A stretch of 63,822 bases of DNA, counting the filler, from Collodictyon triciliatum (taxonomy: Eukaryota): NCBI GenBank assembly GCA_043381765.1. It is 4 parts of 4 records of this genome, joined end to end, with 100 filler letters (N's around TTAATTAATTAA, not from the genome) between each part and the next. Parts side by side here need not be neighbours in the genome. Positions count along the whole stretch, not along the records: positions 18,362 to 34,594 come from JBHJMP010001386.1; positions 34,695 to 56,441 come from JBHJMP010001387.1; 2 more parts are not named here. One strand, given 5' to 3'. The notes under the pieces are model-generated. The model had not been told where the DNA came from. It ran no database searches and saw only the letters and a list, made by a program, of their open reading frames with translations. Made by a program: the position numbers and the translations under genes. Position 1 is the first letter of the stretch. Every line of letters begins with the position of its first letter. Shown here piece after piece: positions 24,756 through 37,800 of this stretch.

Positions 24756-26434
24756 TTCTATTTTATAGAGACCAAAAAAAAAACCGTGCGTCCAAATTAC
24801 CTCTATTTTCTTAACTTTCTTTGCATCCTCTTGATTTTGGAATTAATTATTGGGAATAATGTCCTGAAAAAAAAACTAAATTGTGCAAGCCATTTACTTG
24901 TTGATTTGGTCTGGTTTTCTTTTATTTACGTAGCGCATGTTTCTAATCTGTGCGCTTCAATTTACCCTCTTTTGTGCATCAGATATCCTTTCCTATCTCC
25001 GATTCTTTTTTTTTCTTTTTGTTTTGCTCCTCCTACCACCGTCAGATTAAAAATTGAACGATTCTTTATAAGTCGCACATAGCTTTCATTCAAAGGCAAA
25101 CCTGACTTTTTTTTTCCCTTTATTCGATTAAAAGAAGGCTAACCTGATTTAATCAACAGATGAAAAAAATATTTCCACCCTTTCCCTTTTGATGATAATT
25201 AAAACTCTTACTTAACTTTATCAAGAAAATACACATTGTTTTGCCTTGATTGCAACCAGAAATAAAATAACATCAAATTACGCTCAAAGCCTCATTTTTG
25301 CCTACTCATACATAGCGTTTGCTGGTTTCCCCCTTTATTCGATCCATATTGTTTGCTGTTAAAAAAAGAACTCAATTTACATTTAGGACTCATAGAACAC
25401 TAATGGAAAGTATAATTTCCCCAAAAAAATGATGAGACTTTTATTGGCGACAGTATCATACAACACTGATATCATTCGTTTCAGTTATCAAGTCTTCTTC
25501 ATGGCATCGTCTTGGTTTTTTAAGCGTGAATATATCAGGATTTATCCTACTCACTATTTTTTTCGGAGAAATTAATCAAAATGAAAAGCAAGAGGGGAAG
25601 CTATGTTGTTACCTCTGGGGATTGCACAAGAGTGAAAGAGATGATTCGTTTGTCATTGGGGTGAGTGCAGCTGTGGCTCCGTGGCGCCTGGTTGTTGTAT
25701 CTGGGTCGGGAATCGCGCAAGTGGCAATTTTGATTATACCACGGCAGCTGCCAGTAAAGGGGAAGGCCCGACCAATACCCCAGTTTGATTTAAAAAAAAA
25801 GTAATCTTGGGAAAGAAAAGCGGCTCCTTCATTATCGCCAGACTTGGGTTCTGAGCTCGAATGGGATGACTTGCCCAATAATCGAGTAGTTGAATAAGAA
25901 TATGCGCGCGTCTGTGAAGAAGGTGCGTATTGTAGATAGTATTCTTCATCGCCAGGCCTGGGTTCATGTAAGAAAGTGCAAGATTTCTTTTGCACTCGTT
26001 TCGTCACGACAAGGAATCATAGGTATTAATTAGTATTGTGTAAACGCAACTCTTAGGGATGAGTTACAAGTTCTTTATCATCTCATGGCGATTTAAATTG
26101 TTTCTATTTTGCTTAAAATAGCATCGTCCCTCTCTGAACTTCCTTTCTTAAAGTGTTCCGAAATCAGAGTATCAACCTCAGGTTAAGTGGGTCGGTTGGA
26201 ATTGGAAAAAAAATAGGTGAATAAAAGGCAATATAGCGGCTGGCTGGGTTAGAGTTTTATGGCGCGTTTTTTATTTATTATTTATGTATCTTTGTTTTGT
26301 TTTGTTTTGTTTTGGTGCATCTTTTTTTTTTCTTTCCCTCTCCGTTCGTAAGAACATAGTAATGCCTCCTACCAAGGGCGAAATGCATTTCTATGGGATG
26401 GTCAATGTCCCCTTGGTTGTAGTGGATTTGAAGG

Positions 26435-29400
26435 CTATGCAGTGAATCCAAACTGCAACTTGTGGACCCTATCTCCTTCCTTGCTATGAACTGGGGTAGA
26501 GTATGTAATGTCGACATAACCCATAGGGATTCCGAAGGAAATTCCAAATCCAGCTGCAGAGCGTATCTCTTCATCAAATCTATTCATGGTTGCCGACAAT
26601 GAAGCCCCTATTTCATTTTATATTTTTCCTTTGAATTACCTCGCTACACTTTGAATCGAATAAAGGGGAAAAAATATTTTTCCTTTGAATATTTGTTTAA
26701 CAATGATTCAGCGATACTGAGAGAGGATTTTAGCTTGAATTCTCTGGTCGAGATTGTGAATATAACAGGATGATGGATACATAAAATGTCCTTTAAAATA
26801 CTTACATATACATTTGAGAGCAACGTAAATAAATAAATTGCAAAGTGAATATAGGTTTTAAAATAATACCATGTTCGTGTAGGGTGGATGAGCCGCTGTT
26901 AAAAAATAAAATTCCTCTGGCAACATTCCCAGTTGATTCTTCAGAACTTAAAGGGAAGAACAACTTTGCTCTTGTAATTCCGTACATGGACCCTCCAAGG
27001 CAGGCACCTGTGTGATATCATTTAATCAATTATTGTTGTAATAGTAAGAAAAAAATTAGCTTGCTCCAAAATGCAGATTTTATAATAAGGCACCTAAATT
27101 TTATTTTCTTTTGATAATAATGTTTCATATTCATTAGGAGATAGAAAAGAAGTCTTTTAATAAAAGAATGAAAAAGTACCAAACATCACCTTATGAATAT
27201 GGTTGAGTTTGATAATTAAAGTGCTACTGACCTTTGTCTACTGCACCTAATGACTTCTCATGGAATCCTTTAAGACTGGACGCACCCCCGATGAAGAATC
27301 TATCACTAATTGGAAGGACTCTCCCTTGTGGAGAATGGAGGAATCCACATTCGAACCCAAGGCTAAGCACCTAATTTCCAATAGTATGACAGGTAGCTGA
27401 ATTGATTTGATTTTTAACGAAATTAATGTGATAATATCAAATGGTATATTGATGAGAAAAACAGAGCGACACATACAACTCTATCCTTCAGCTGAATGTA
27501 CTTTGTGGCAGCCACTTCATGCTTTAAGAAACTAACATTACCGCCTAACCCAGCGTACTCCTATTCAAAATTAAGAAACGGAGTGATTTATTTATATAAT
27601 GGCAATTCTAAGTAAAATAAAAATATTTTGTTAAATATTTGATTTATAATTGATATCTAGTGAAGTAATGGGAGGATTAAATGGCTGGTTGATGGATGAT
27701 GGGGAGAGTAGTCGAGTTGTACATGTTGAAAGTGAGGAAAATAATTGGCAAGCATTCGGCACACGTAAGGTAGAAAGAAACATACATTTTGAATTCTAAA
27801 CCGATATCCAGTTTCGGGAAAGACAGGCTGATTGATAGAATCCTTGACAAAAATGTGACGAATAGATGACTTAAGAAAATGGCCACTATGTTCTCGCACA
27901 CTGAAATGGTAATTTGAATGACAATGAATTAGCTGCTGGTAAATATTGAATAAAGAATCGAAAAAAATTTAAAGCGTTTATGATTACCCCTAAAATCGTT
28001 CAGGAATACGCTGAAATGAGTAATGTACATGATTTATTACTTGATCTGAATATATAAATATGAAAGCTACCTGAGTGGAGTTTCCGCTGGTAAATTTGAT
28101 ATTTCTCTCCACAACAAATCATAGCTAAAAATAGATGTTCCGCCAAGAGACGGGACCTTCAGTCTTATGGATGTTCCGGTGTTGCTCTCCTTGTAAAAAC
28201 TGTGCTCCATACAATCACGAGCCTCTCTATAGGTCTGATATCGTGTAAGATAGGTACGAAATCAGTGGTGAACTATATAGCTGATGGTTACCGTTATTAC
28301 ATAAATTGAAAGAGATTCATTACTGAGTAAATTTCTTTCACGCTATGTAAATGGCACAAAAGGAAAGAAATTGGAAGAAATATTGCACCTCAGCTTCGAC
28401 GTAGTAAGTCGTATTTTCTCCAATGATAGGCTTTCTAAACAAACCCTGGAGAGTGCATAGCGAATATTAAGAGGAAATAGAAAAACAAACGAACGAGTAA
28501 GTAATATTTAAAATAGAAATTCTTGAAGTAAGATACCTCCACATTTTTGTGGGGAAAATGCATAAATTCTCACCCCATATGAAAATCTTGACCTCGACCC
28601 CCATTTGAAGTTGGCAGACATTTCTTCGGCTCTTCCAAACATATTTCCAATGGTGGCGTCGAAAACCTTAAAGATTGATGAAGGAGTGATAGCGAGGTAA
28701 TAAAGTACACAATCCATCACTAGAATAGGTTCATAGTAGAGTACTTTGAATTGAATAAAGAGGAGGAAAGTTGGGGTAGAGTAGAGTGACAGTAAATCAA
28801 AATTGAAATTGATATGAATTTTTGTGGCCATACGTTTCTCAATTGAGCTCTAGCTTGATGATTTTTCATTCATATTGCTTGGGATACTACTCATACAGAA
28901 AAGGATAATAATTAAAAAAAAAGTATTTGAGTACCGTGTTTGATCCCGTTCCACCTATTTCTTGTTTAACAGAAACACTCCGATTCTTTTTCTCTTTGAC
29001 ATTCAAAAGAATACTGGCAGAATTTGCTTGGCTTCCTTCAAGGAAAATCACGTTTGTCTCACTAAAGATCCCCAACTCCCCGATTCTCTGCTCATAGTTT
29101 GGAATTAGAATAAGAGAAAGAGCCCAAATTTGAATTTGCACCATTCAAAGGGGGAGAATGAAAGGGGGAGAGAGAAAGAGAGAGAATATATATATATATG
29201 AGGAAGAGTCAGGAGCCATGAATGAAATGTCATATTTATAGTGCAATCCAAGTTCAAAAAGATTTTCGTCATACGTGAAGAGCCGATGTTGAGTTTGCAC
29301 ATAACGAGCCAACACTTTCTGAGAGAGATGTTTGGTAAAAAATCTTGCGAAGGATGTCAGCTTTGGTTCGGTTTAACCCGCTGATTTGAAAGCTTTCTAC

Positions 29401-29753
29401 AACCAAAGGTGTCTCCAAGTTTTTTTCTAACTAAAACGAAACCAATAAGCTTGGGTTTGTGATTGAGCGACCACTGCCATCCCATTATTGCACCCAGGAG
29501 GTAGTAGATAAGACGAGGGAAATAGGTGCGGTGAAAAGAGTTTTTTTTTTTCTATTATTCGATCCAAAGTATGTTGACAAGGATTTAATTACAAGTAAAA
29601 TGACGGGCCGCTTCCGCTGGGTGAAAGATGAAATACTTTTTTTTTTAACTTTACTTTATTCGATTCTAAGAGGTAAAAGATGAAATATAAATAGGCGTCG
29701 GGTGCTTAACACGTTACCCAGGCCTTGGATTCGTCGTCAATAGGATCCGACAT
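26435..29753 (-). CDS. SAM50: Mitochondrial outer-membrane Omp85 protein Sam50, multi-exon
   Basis: POTRA-like VESFQISGLNRTKADIL...RIGELGIF; NMFGRAEE; LKSSIRHIFVKDS...FPETG; EYAGLGGNVSFLKHE; DRFFIGGASSLKGF; LGGSMY; RSAAGFGI; C-terminal QFGFTA*. Confidence 0.9.
26620..26690 (+). mobile_element. Longest micro-insertion copy (TACCTCGCTACACTTTGAATCGAATAAAGGGG(A)n) with 17-bp target-site duplication, in a SAM50 intron
   Basis: ATATTTTTCCTTTGAAT at 26620-26636 and again at 26674-26690. Confidence 0.85.
29624..29687 (-). mobile_element. Micro-insertion of the same family with 12-bp target-site duplication
   Basis: AAAGATGAAATA flanks (T)n-AACTTTACTTTATTCGATTCTAAGAGGTA. Confidence 0.65.
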
Positions 29754-30689
29754 TGTCTCACTGCCGTTGCGAAGCCCCTCTATCTATTGGTCAGTTTGTT
29801 AGTAGAAGGATCTTTGCCTTCTTGCTGGCTTCTGCAGGTTTTGAATCAGTTCGCTGCTCTGGCCGATGCGCTTCCTGGTTCAACCGAAGAGATTGGTTAG
29901 CGGTTCTTCCATATGGTTCCAAATTAGTTTATCATTTGTGGAATATATTATATAATATTATATAATTTATTTAATAGTTACAGAGATTATATAATATAGT
30001 TTTTATCGTAATTAATATTTAGTAGTATATTTATATATCTCATATTGGTTACAAATTCAAGAATATTCTGCATGCTTTTGTCCATGCCCAATCATTTAAG
30101 ACTACAAATAGCCACAAGCGCATTAACCACTAGCCGCGACCAGCTGATATATATACCGCGACCGAACATGTTCGCTTGTCGGGCGCAACCGCAAGAACAT
30201 CTCGTAACGGTGCTGTTCACTGAAAGTTCCAGGTCAAAGCACAAGCGAGATGAATCTGCTCCTCGGTGGCCCGCTCTGGCCGTGTTGTGTTTATTGTGTG
30301 TTGTGTGTTGCGTTAATAAGCCTGACGGAGGTGTTAACTTACAAATGAGTTGGCCCTGTAAGATCGGCAACCGAATTATACGTGTGAAAGAGCAGGGGAG
30401 TTGGTGAAACTACCATGTGGGCTTTCGTAACATTATGTATAGTTTTTGTTTACGTGTCTTTTCCTGTTTCCCTAAATGATGGTCAAATTTAATACCTAGT
30501 AACTCTAACTACCATCGATCGAAAGTCATCGATGGACTTGCTGGTTATTTTTTTTTTTTTACACTCACTCCTCGCGACCCTCCCCTTTTTTAATTAAGAG
30601 TTTTTAACAACTGAAATAAATAATTAAATAAAACAAAACGCCATGGTATAATTAAATTTTTTTCATGGTCACAGGAAGAATCTCGCTCG

Positions 30690-33570
30690 ATGTCCCGCCA
30701 CTCATACCGTTCTTGCAGTCAAAATTCCAAGTAAGGATCAGTCGCTGGCTTGTCGTTTGTGTGTCTAACATTACTTTCTATCAATATCTCAGTTTTTGTG
30801 ATATCCTCACGTTGTTCTTTTTTTTCTCTTCAGATCCTCCAAGGGAAAGCGACACCGTTCTGATGGTTTCTTTGACGAGGACGGAAACTATCTTGCAGAG
30901 CCCGGAGAATCTCTATGTTCTGGACGATGTAAGTATAGCCACAAATGCCCTTTTCATCCAACCTGAGCAAAACCTTAGCGCCTTGAACTAGCTTTTGTGG
31001 TTCGTAAATCTTTCCTGAGGCAAAGATTCGAGGATAAGTTTGAACAAAAGTCTCTGAGTAAGGGACGTGGTTCGGTTTCAGAATACTTGGAAAAATGGCA
31101 CCGTTTTTAATTCCTCAGATGCTGCGTACTCGCCCAACTCTATCCTCCTGAATTGACCTTCCTGTGTCGCGAGTTTAAGTTGCGAGTAAGCAGCAACCAT
31201 GTGTACATATTGCTTTACGGACCAGTGTTTCAATTGCTCTTGCATACCCCCTTTTAACATAGCCACTTCCTCAGAGCTTAAGCTTGGATCGAGAGTAGCG
31301 CTCATGGCCCCCATATACCCAAGTTTCGCTTGGTAGTTTCCTCACTAAGACTGAAACATGAAATGATATATTATTCTACAACCACGAATCAGTACCCTTA
31401 ATGTTGCCTAGAATACATTCTTCAGTTTGTCTAAAAATTTGAATACAGACTGTCATATCTCCAACATTATCAAAGCCTCTTTGTCGGAGTACGCAATGTT
31501 ACCATTTCCTTATGGTTTGAGCAGAAATAGCGCTTACAGACACAGTTTCATTTGAACCACATTGCAGCAATTCATAAAAGTTATTTTACATTCTAATAAA
31601 TGTCTTTTTTTGTTTTTTTGTTTTCATTCAGATGAAGTGACTTCATTTCTTGGACAAGGTGAGGATAACTGCAGATGTGCTGCTCTCCCACAACCTTTGT
31701 GATTTCCCTTACTTTATCATTCAAAATAGCCATTAAGCATGTCATTTATGGACAGGTGCTTTCGGTTCTGTGCTCCAGTGTTGGGACCGTAAGAGGAAGT
31801 ATGAATGTGCCATCAAGATAATCAGAGACAATGAAAAATACAAGGAAGACGCTCAGTACGAGATCGACGTATTGGATGATATCCGTGATGCCGATCGTGA
31901 TGGATCCAGGTAAGCTTTCTTAACTCTATGCCTTTCACACAGACGAACGTATCAACTCAGAGTTCTTGCCTAAGTTTCTGTTTCTCATCTCTTTGCCTTA
32001 TCAGTCGTTGTGTCGAGCTATGGAACGTCTTTCACCTGGGTAATCAGCTTTGCATGGTCTTTGAGCCCCTAGGAAAGAGTCTGTATGATGTTCTTAAAAG
32101 CAACAGACACGTATCATATCCCATGGAAGCGATTCGAACGATTGGATATCAATGTTTAGAGTCTCTTAGATGTAAGTCTCAGCAATAATTGATATAAGTG
32201 TACTCTAACAAAAAAAAAATCAAAATTTTAAAAGAAACTTAAATTCGATAAATATGCAGAACATAACTCTTCATTCCTCTTTAAAAACGAAAGGAATGAA
32301 TAAAAGCCCCCTTTACTATTCAAAAATCATGAATTCACCACATCACGTATTTCTGCACTGATAGTTATGCAAAGCATGAAACTAGTGCACACCGACCTTA
32401 AGCCCGAAAACATCCTGTTTGAAGAGACTCGAATGGTCAAGATAACAGTAAGCTCGCCTTTCATACACGATTTTTATGTCATTACTACTACGTGTTTCTT
32501 TTCTCTCTTAAATCTATGCTTTGTAACTATCTCCAGCACCATGGTCGCTCCATATACATGCCAAAGCGCTATGATATCAAAGTTATTGACTTTGGGAATG
32601 CCATATACGCGGACGAGATATCATCGTCCAAAGTGTGCACCAGGCACTATCGACCACCAGAGGTCATTCTGGGTAAGTTCCTATATCCATATCAATCGCA
32701 ACTCATATGCACACACTAAATCGAACCTCCCTGATAAAATTTATGTTATGTATCATCATGTGCTCTGTTAATTACTATATATTGATAAAAAGACTAGAGT
32801 TTTACCTATCATCATTGTTTACTATCTTAATCTATAAATGTGTGATCAGATGCCGATTGGTCCACTCCCTGTGACATGTGGAGTCTTGGCTGCATTCTGG
32901 CGGAGCTTTTCACAGGGGAGCTGCTCTTTGACACACACAACAGCATTGAGCACCTGGCCCTTATTGAACGTGTCGCTGGGCCATACCCCTCTTCGTTGAT
33001 ATCAAAATCAAAGTGAGTTCTTCCCACATTATGTCACATTTCCTACGACTTGTTTGTTTTAATTGTTTACCAACTTGGAGAGATGGTTCAAGTGACGAAA
33101 ACATTCCCACCCACGAGATATATTCACACCCACTGACGCAATTCTCCCAACAGATCGAAGCGAGCACTCCATTTTGCACAAGGCCACTTCTCGTGGAACG
33201 AAAGAAAGCCCACCCGAGAGTCGATGGACCAAGTCCGAGAGACAAAACCCCTCCAGGTAGCTAGCAAAATCCCTCTAATGGAACATAAGCATCACCACAG
33301 AAAAGGAGAGAGTGCGAAAGCAACCTGATGGGCCACACAAGCCATCCCCTCCCCTGACCCCAACATTGATGCATAGTCCGTCTCTGTCTCTCCCTAAAAC
33401 TAATGTCTGTAACCACCCAGGAAATATTCGGCCCCTCCCGAAACGAGCAGGCCACGTTGCTTGGGGATTTGGTCCGTCAAATGCTGCTCATCGACCCCAC
33501 CGCACGAATCACCCCGGCCGATGCGCTCCGCCACCCGTTCTTTGCTGCCCTGGACAAGGACACGATTTAG
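30690..33570 (+). CDS. CLK/LAMMER dual-specificity protein kinase, multi-exon
   Basis: DEDGNY, LGQGAFGSVLQCWD, AIKIIR, CMVFEPLGKSLYD, HTDLKPENILF, IDFG, TRHYRPPEVIL, CDMWSLGCIL and EHLALIERVAG (LAMMER-motif variant). Start codon uncertain. Confidence 0.95.
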
Positions 33571-33923
33571 GAGGCCGTTTATTGGGAGCCTCTCCATTAT
33601 GGTCTTGCCAATTGGCTGCACAGCATCACCGAATTACCGAGACTATTTTTTTCACACACCTGCGGTGACAAGAGCCGGTCGCTCCCTGTCCTTATTCACC
33701 ACTATTCCTCTCAACCCGTTCCCATGTAAACCCCTTAAAAAAATAACGATATTACGGTGTACACCTTTCATGAAATATAGACAAAACGAAGCAATAAAAA
33801 GTTGAAGCAAAATAACGAAAGCCGCAGAGATACCACGACAAAGGCCTCCCCTGTGTAGAACCACAAGCCATTGCCTTGGGCAAATACTGCGAGATTCACT
33901 CGGGGTTTGGGAGGGAGTTTAAG

Positions 33924-34428
33924 TCATTTGTCGAAGTCGTCCACAACGAGAACGGCCGACCTGTCATCCTCTACTTTGCAAAGTGGATTCTGCTCCGGTT
34001 CACCGGGTATTGGGCTTCCTTCTTGGCACTTGCTCGGCTCCTCCTGTGGCTGCGCTTCAGGCGTTTCTGCCCCTGGCAACGATACTGTTTGTTCTTGTGC
34101 TTGCGTCTGTGATAATACACGCTGTTGTTCGATCTGCTGGACAAGGCGAGTGTATTGCTCCGCTTTGATGGATTGCTCCACAAGCAGTTGCTGGATATTG
34201 TCGATGACCTGGTAAGAGTCAGGAGGAGGTGTTGACAGAATCAGTGAATGTGAGTGATGTGAGTGATGTGAGTAATGTGAGTGATGTGAGTGATGTGAGT
34301 GATGTGAGTGATGTGGGCGATGAACAATTTTTTTCGTTATTACCGGAGAGCGCGCTTTAAAGAGCTTCCGCCAAATCCTCAAATCACGGACGTTTGACCG
34401 GGGCAGTAGGACGTGGTTGTGATGAGAC
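33924..34428 (-). CDS. Last two exons of a probable myotubularin-related protein (5' part lost in the gap)
   Basis: NHVLLPRSNVRDLRIWRKLF resembles the myotubularin C-terminal NHVLYP...L.LW motif and is followed by a Q/E-rich coiled coil. Confidence 0.55.
34244..34315. repeat. (TGAGTGATG)n intronic repeat
   Basis: Tandem 9-mer. Confidence 0.9.
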
Positions 34429-34863
34429 CTGGAGAAAAACGAGGCACATAAATAATGGAGTGGAGCGTAGAAAGAGCGACTAAAAATGGCATGGTATTGG
34501 GTAGTGTTGATTGAAACAAGAAAAAAAGAAAAAGAAAAAGAAAAAGAAAAAGAAAAAGAAAAAGAAAAAGAAAAAGAAAAAGAAAAAGAAAAAGNNNNNN
34601 NNNNNNNNNNNNNNNNNNNNNNNNNNNNNNNNNNNNNNTTAATTAATTAANNNNNNNNNNNNNNNNNNNNNNNNNNNNNNNNNNNNNNNNNNNNTGTTTG
34701 TTTGTTTGTTTGTTTGTTTGTTTGTTTGTTTGTTTGTTTGTTTGTTTGTTTGTTTGTTTGTTTGTTTGTTTGTTTGTTTGTTTGTTTGCTGGGAGTTTTG
34801 AGTCTAAAGGAACTGTGGGCCAGCACTGAGACGCGCGGGGAAAGGACTGGGCTTCGATAGTTT

Positions 34864-37800
34864 TTATTGCAAACCAGAAAAGTATGTGAGAAGGCAAGTG
34901 CAGTTTTGGAACATGTCCTGGGGTGAATTAAAAGGGGAGGATTGAGCACATTGCGTCCATGTAGACTATGCACGTATGTATAGACGCTCTCATGAGAAAA
35001 CTGTTGCTGGAAAGAAATGTATTCTCGACTAATACCTGGAGCTTGTCGCCGCTTCTCTTGATTTCAAGGAGAAGCTGTTGGAGGTTGTCTTGGTGGTCCT
35101 TGTCGGATGCGAGGACTTCACGATGAATCTATTAGATCGCGTGTCAAGAGACAAGTGGAGAATGCTGTCACAAGCCAACAAAAAGAAAGAAATCAGGGCG
35201 TCATGGATAGTCGATTAGAAATGGCATCTGTAATGTTGGCGTCTGGCGCTATACCCTGATGGACAGATTGATGTAAGCCTGCAGAATCTCAAAGTTTCGA
35301 TTGGATTTGAGGCCGTAGCAGAGCATATCTGATTGTTTATATGAATAAATGGTTTTTAGAACCCACTGCCAGGGTTAAATCAGGAGCTAAAAAAAAATGA
35401 TATTTTTTTGGAGAAGGGGTTATCTGAATATCTGTGTGTACTTAGAGTCCACTTTAGATCGTCTGTTGCAGGGTCAAGTTCTTGGAATTCCACCTCTGAG
35501 CAGGGGCGTTGATTAGTCAAGTTTCAAAGTCTATGTGCTAGGTAAAGGGCACGGCAATGTCGCGTACACTTAACACATTCGATAGAAGGAAACCATACCA
35601 ACAGCAGAGGGGCTGAGCGACTTGAGATACTCGATGGCACTAGTGACTTTCGACGAATTTAAAATCGTTGATTTAATAAATATATATCAGAGTTTCCATG
35701 CATTTAGGCTGATAATGATACATGCAAAAGAGTAGAAGAGTCTTAAAAAGATCATAAAAAATAATGCAACGATTTCAACAGGCACTTACATTCACCAGAT
35801 TTGACCCCTTTTTCAAGTTCGATGGAAAGCTTGCATCTTGGCTTGACAGCAAATCCGGTAAACTTGGTCTCTATGATTCGTGACCCCCTGTGATACCATC
35901 GGGACATGGGATGAGATAGAGTTGTATATTGTATTATTTTTTTTTTTAGAGTTTCATATGACGAAAAGATTAATATATGGGAAGTGCTCCTGCCGATACA
36001 TCACATAGAGAGAGAAAACACAAACAAATAACCAAACAAATAACCAAACAAATAACCAAACAAAAAAAAAACTCACAGAATTGAATAAACGAATAAATGA
36101 AAATACACACAAACACACAACATATGGACAAACCCGGATAATGCCTGCGGAACGGCAAAAGGATTCGACTTCTCGGCTGCCGGTTCTAATGTCAAATTGA
36201 AAAGATACTTGTAAACTGTCTGATGTATGATAACGATATACAATGTGACGCTCAGCGATTTCAAGTAATGGTCGAATTAATCCATTTTTTTCCGCTTGAT
36301 TTGGCGTTTGCACTCTAAGATTTCTGGTAACGCACCAAGTAAGGCAGATAAGAAGAAAGGTGCGAGCTTTGGTTTCTTTGGGGCCTCTTTGGGTTTATTC
36401 CTTTCCTAGATTTCGACGCCGTTGCTGTGAGAAAATGTGTTCCCATTTTATGCATTACAAGCACTGATGGAATTAAAATCGTATGAGCCAAAATTCATAA
36501 TGAAATCTACCTTTATGGCCTCGATGTTTGATATGACCTTCCATATAGACCCCGGGAGTGTTGATTCCGTCACCAAATCCTGAGTCAATGATTATGACAC
36601 TTTCAGTCAGTCGAGCCTAACTTCAATAAAATAAAATAAATGAAAAAGGTAAATGCGAACCTTCGATAGCTGCTCGAGTGTTGGTGAAACAACCACCGAT
36701 GTATCGGATTCAATCGTGGAATCTTCCACTAGACCTTTAGTCTTCCTATACAAAGACAGAAACAGAAAATGCATCGCGCGTGTAAGTGTCTCGTACATAC
36801 ACATTTGAAAATACCATAAAGCATTCATTTTAATTTATTGAACATACCTACTACTTGAGTTGAAGAAAAAACGATAGAGAAAAGAAACGTGTAGAGGTAT
36901 ATCATCGTATTTATAATACACAATAATAATATGTGACGTTCTTGATTGGTAAAAACTTACATAGTTATGTCATCCCCGAAACTGTCCAAATCAAGGACAA
37001 GCAAATTTTCAAGGTCGATTGGTTTTAGTATTCCAGTGCGTAGATGAAGTTTGTTCGACCTGGAGTAATGGTATCTTTTAAATATATATAGTGTATTTTA
37101 TATGTGCAATTATCTTTACTCCTCCTCTGAGAAAGTATGGGTAAGAGTATCCTTGCTTTTTTATATTGGGAAATGAGTGAATCATTAAATAACAACGCAC
37201 AATATCATGCGATCTTACAGCAAAGCTTTTTGACATATTGTATATTTCCCCCTTTATTTGATTTAAAATTATATGGTATATAGATACCAGATGTAAATGC
37301 CTAAGCGACCAGTATGTGTAGTTGCTAATGATTCGCTCTGGTTAGAAAGAGACAAGCTTGTTGTGATATCGGGCGTAATGAAGCAATCGATCATTTTTCC
37401 TGCATGATACGGGTTTTAAGTTATCCGATGATGAAAAAAATATGATTCGGCCGGTTGCCTTCGTAAAATTTCATTCGTTCTCTCTAGTTTTTTATTTCTA
37501 AAAAGAACCTGTTGGAATATCCCAAACACGGATGGTTGTATCATTAGAGCACGAAACCAAGAGCTTCGCATCGTGACTGAAGCACTGTTTAAAAATGGTG
37601 CGTAAATTTTCCTACAGAGTTTACCAAGCACAGGAGTATTGTAGTCTTTAAAGGGAGAATGATGGTTTGATAATATATTTACCAAGTCATTAATCTTGTT
37701 TGTATGCCCTTTGAATTGACGAATGAGATTTCGATTTTCCAAGTCAAACACGCGAATGATGAAGTCATCTCCACAGACAGCTATGAATCCCGTGTCTAAT

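Noticed and set aside
24812-24814. TAA reassignment (alternative genetic code) to explain the TTP motif relic
   Set aside because: Conserved genes here (GlyRS, 14-3-3, WDR36) terminate at TAA, and no in-frame TAA/TAG was seen in the conserved exons read.
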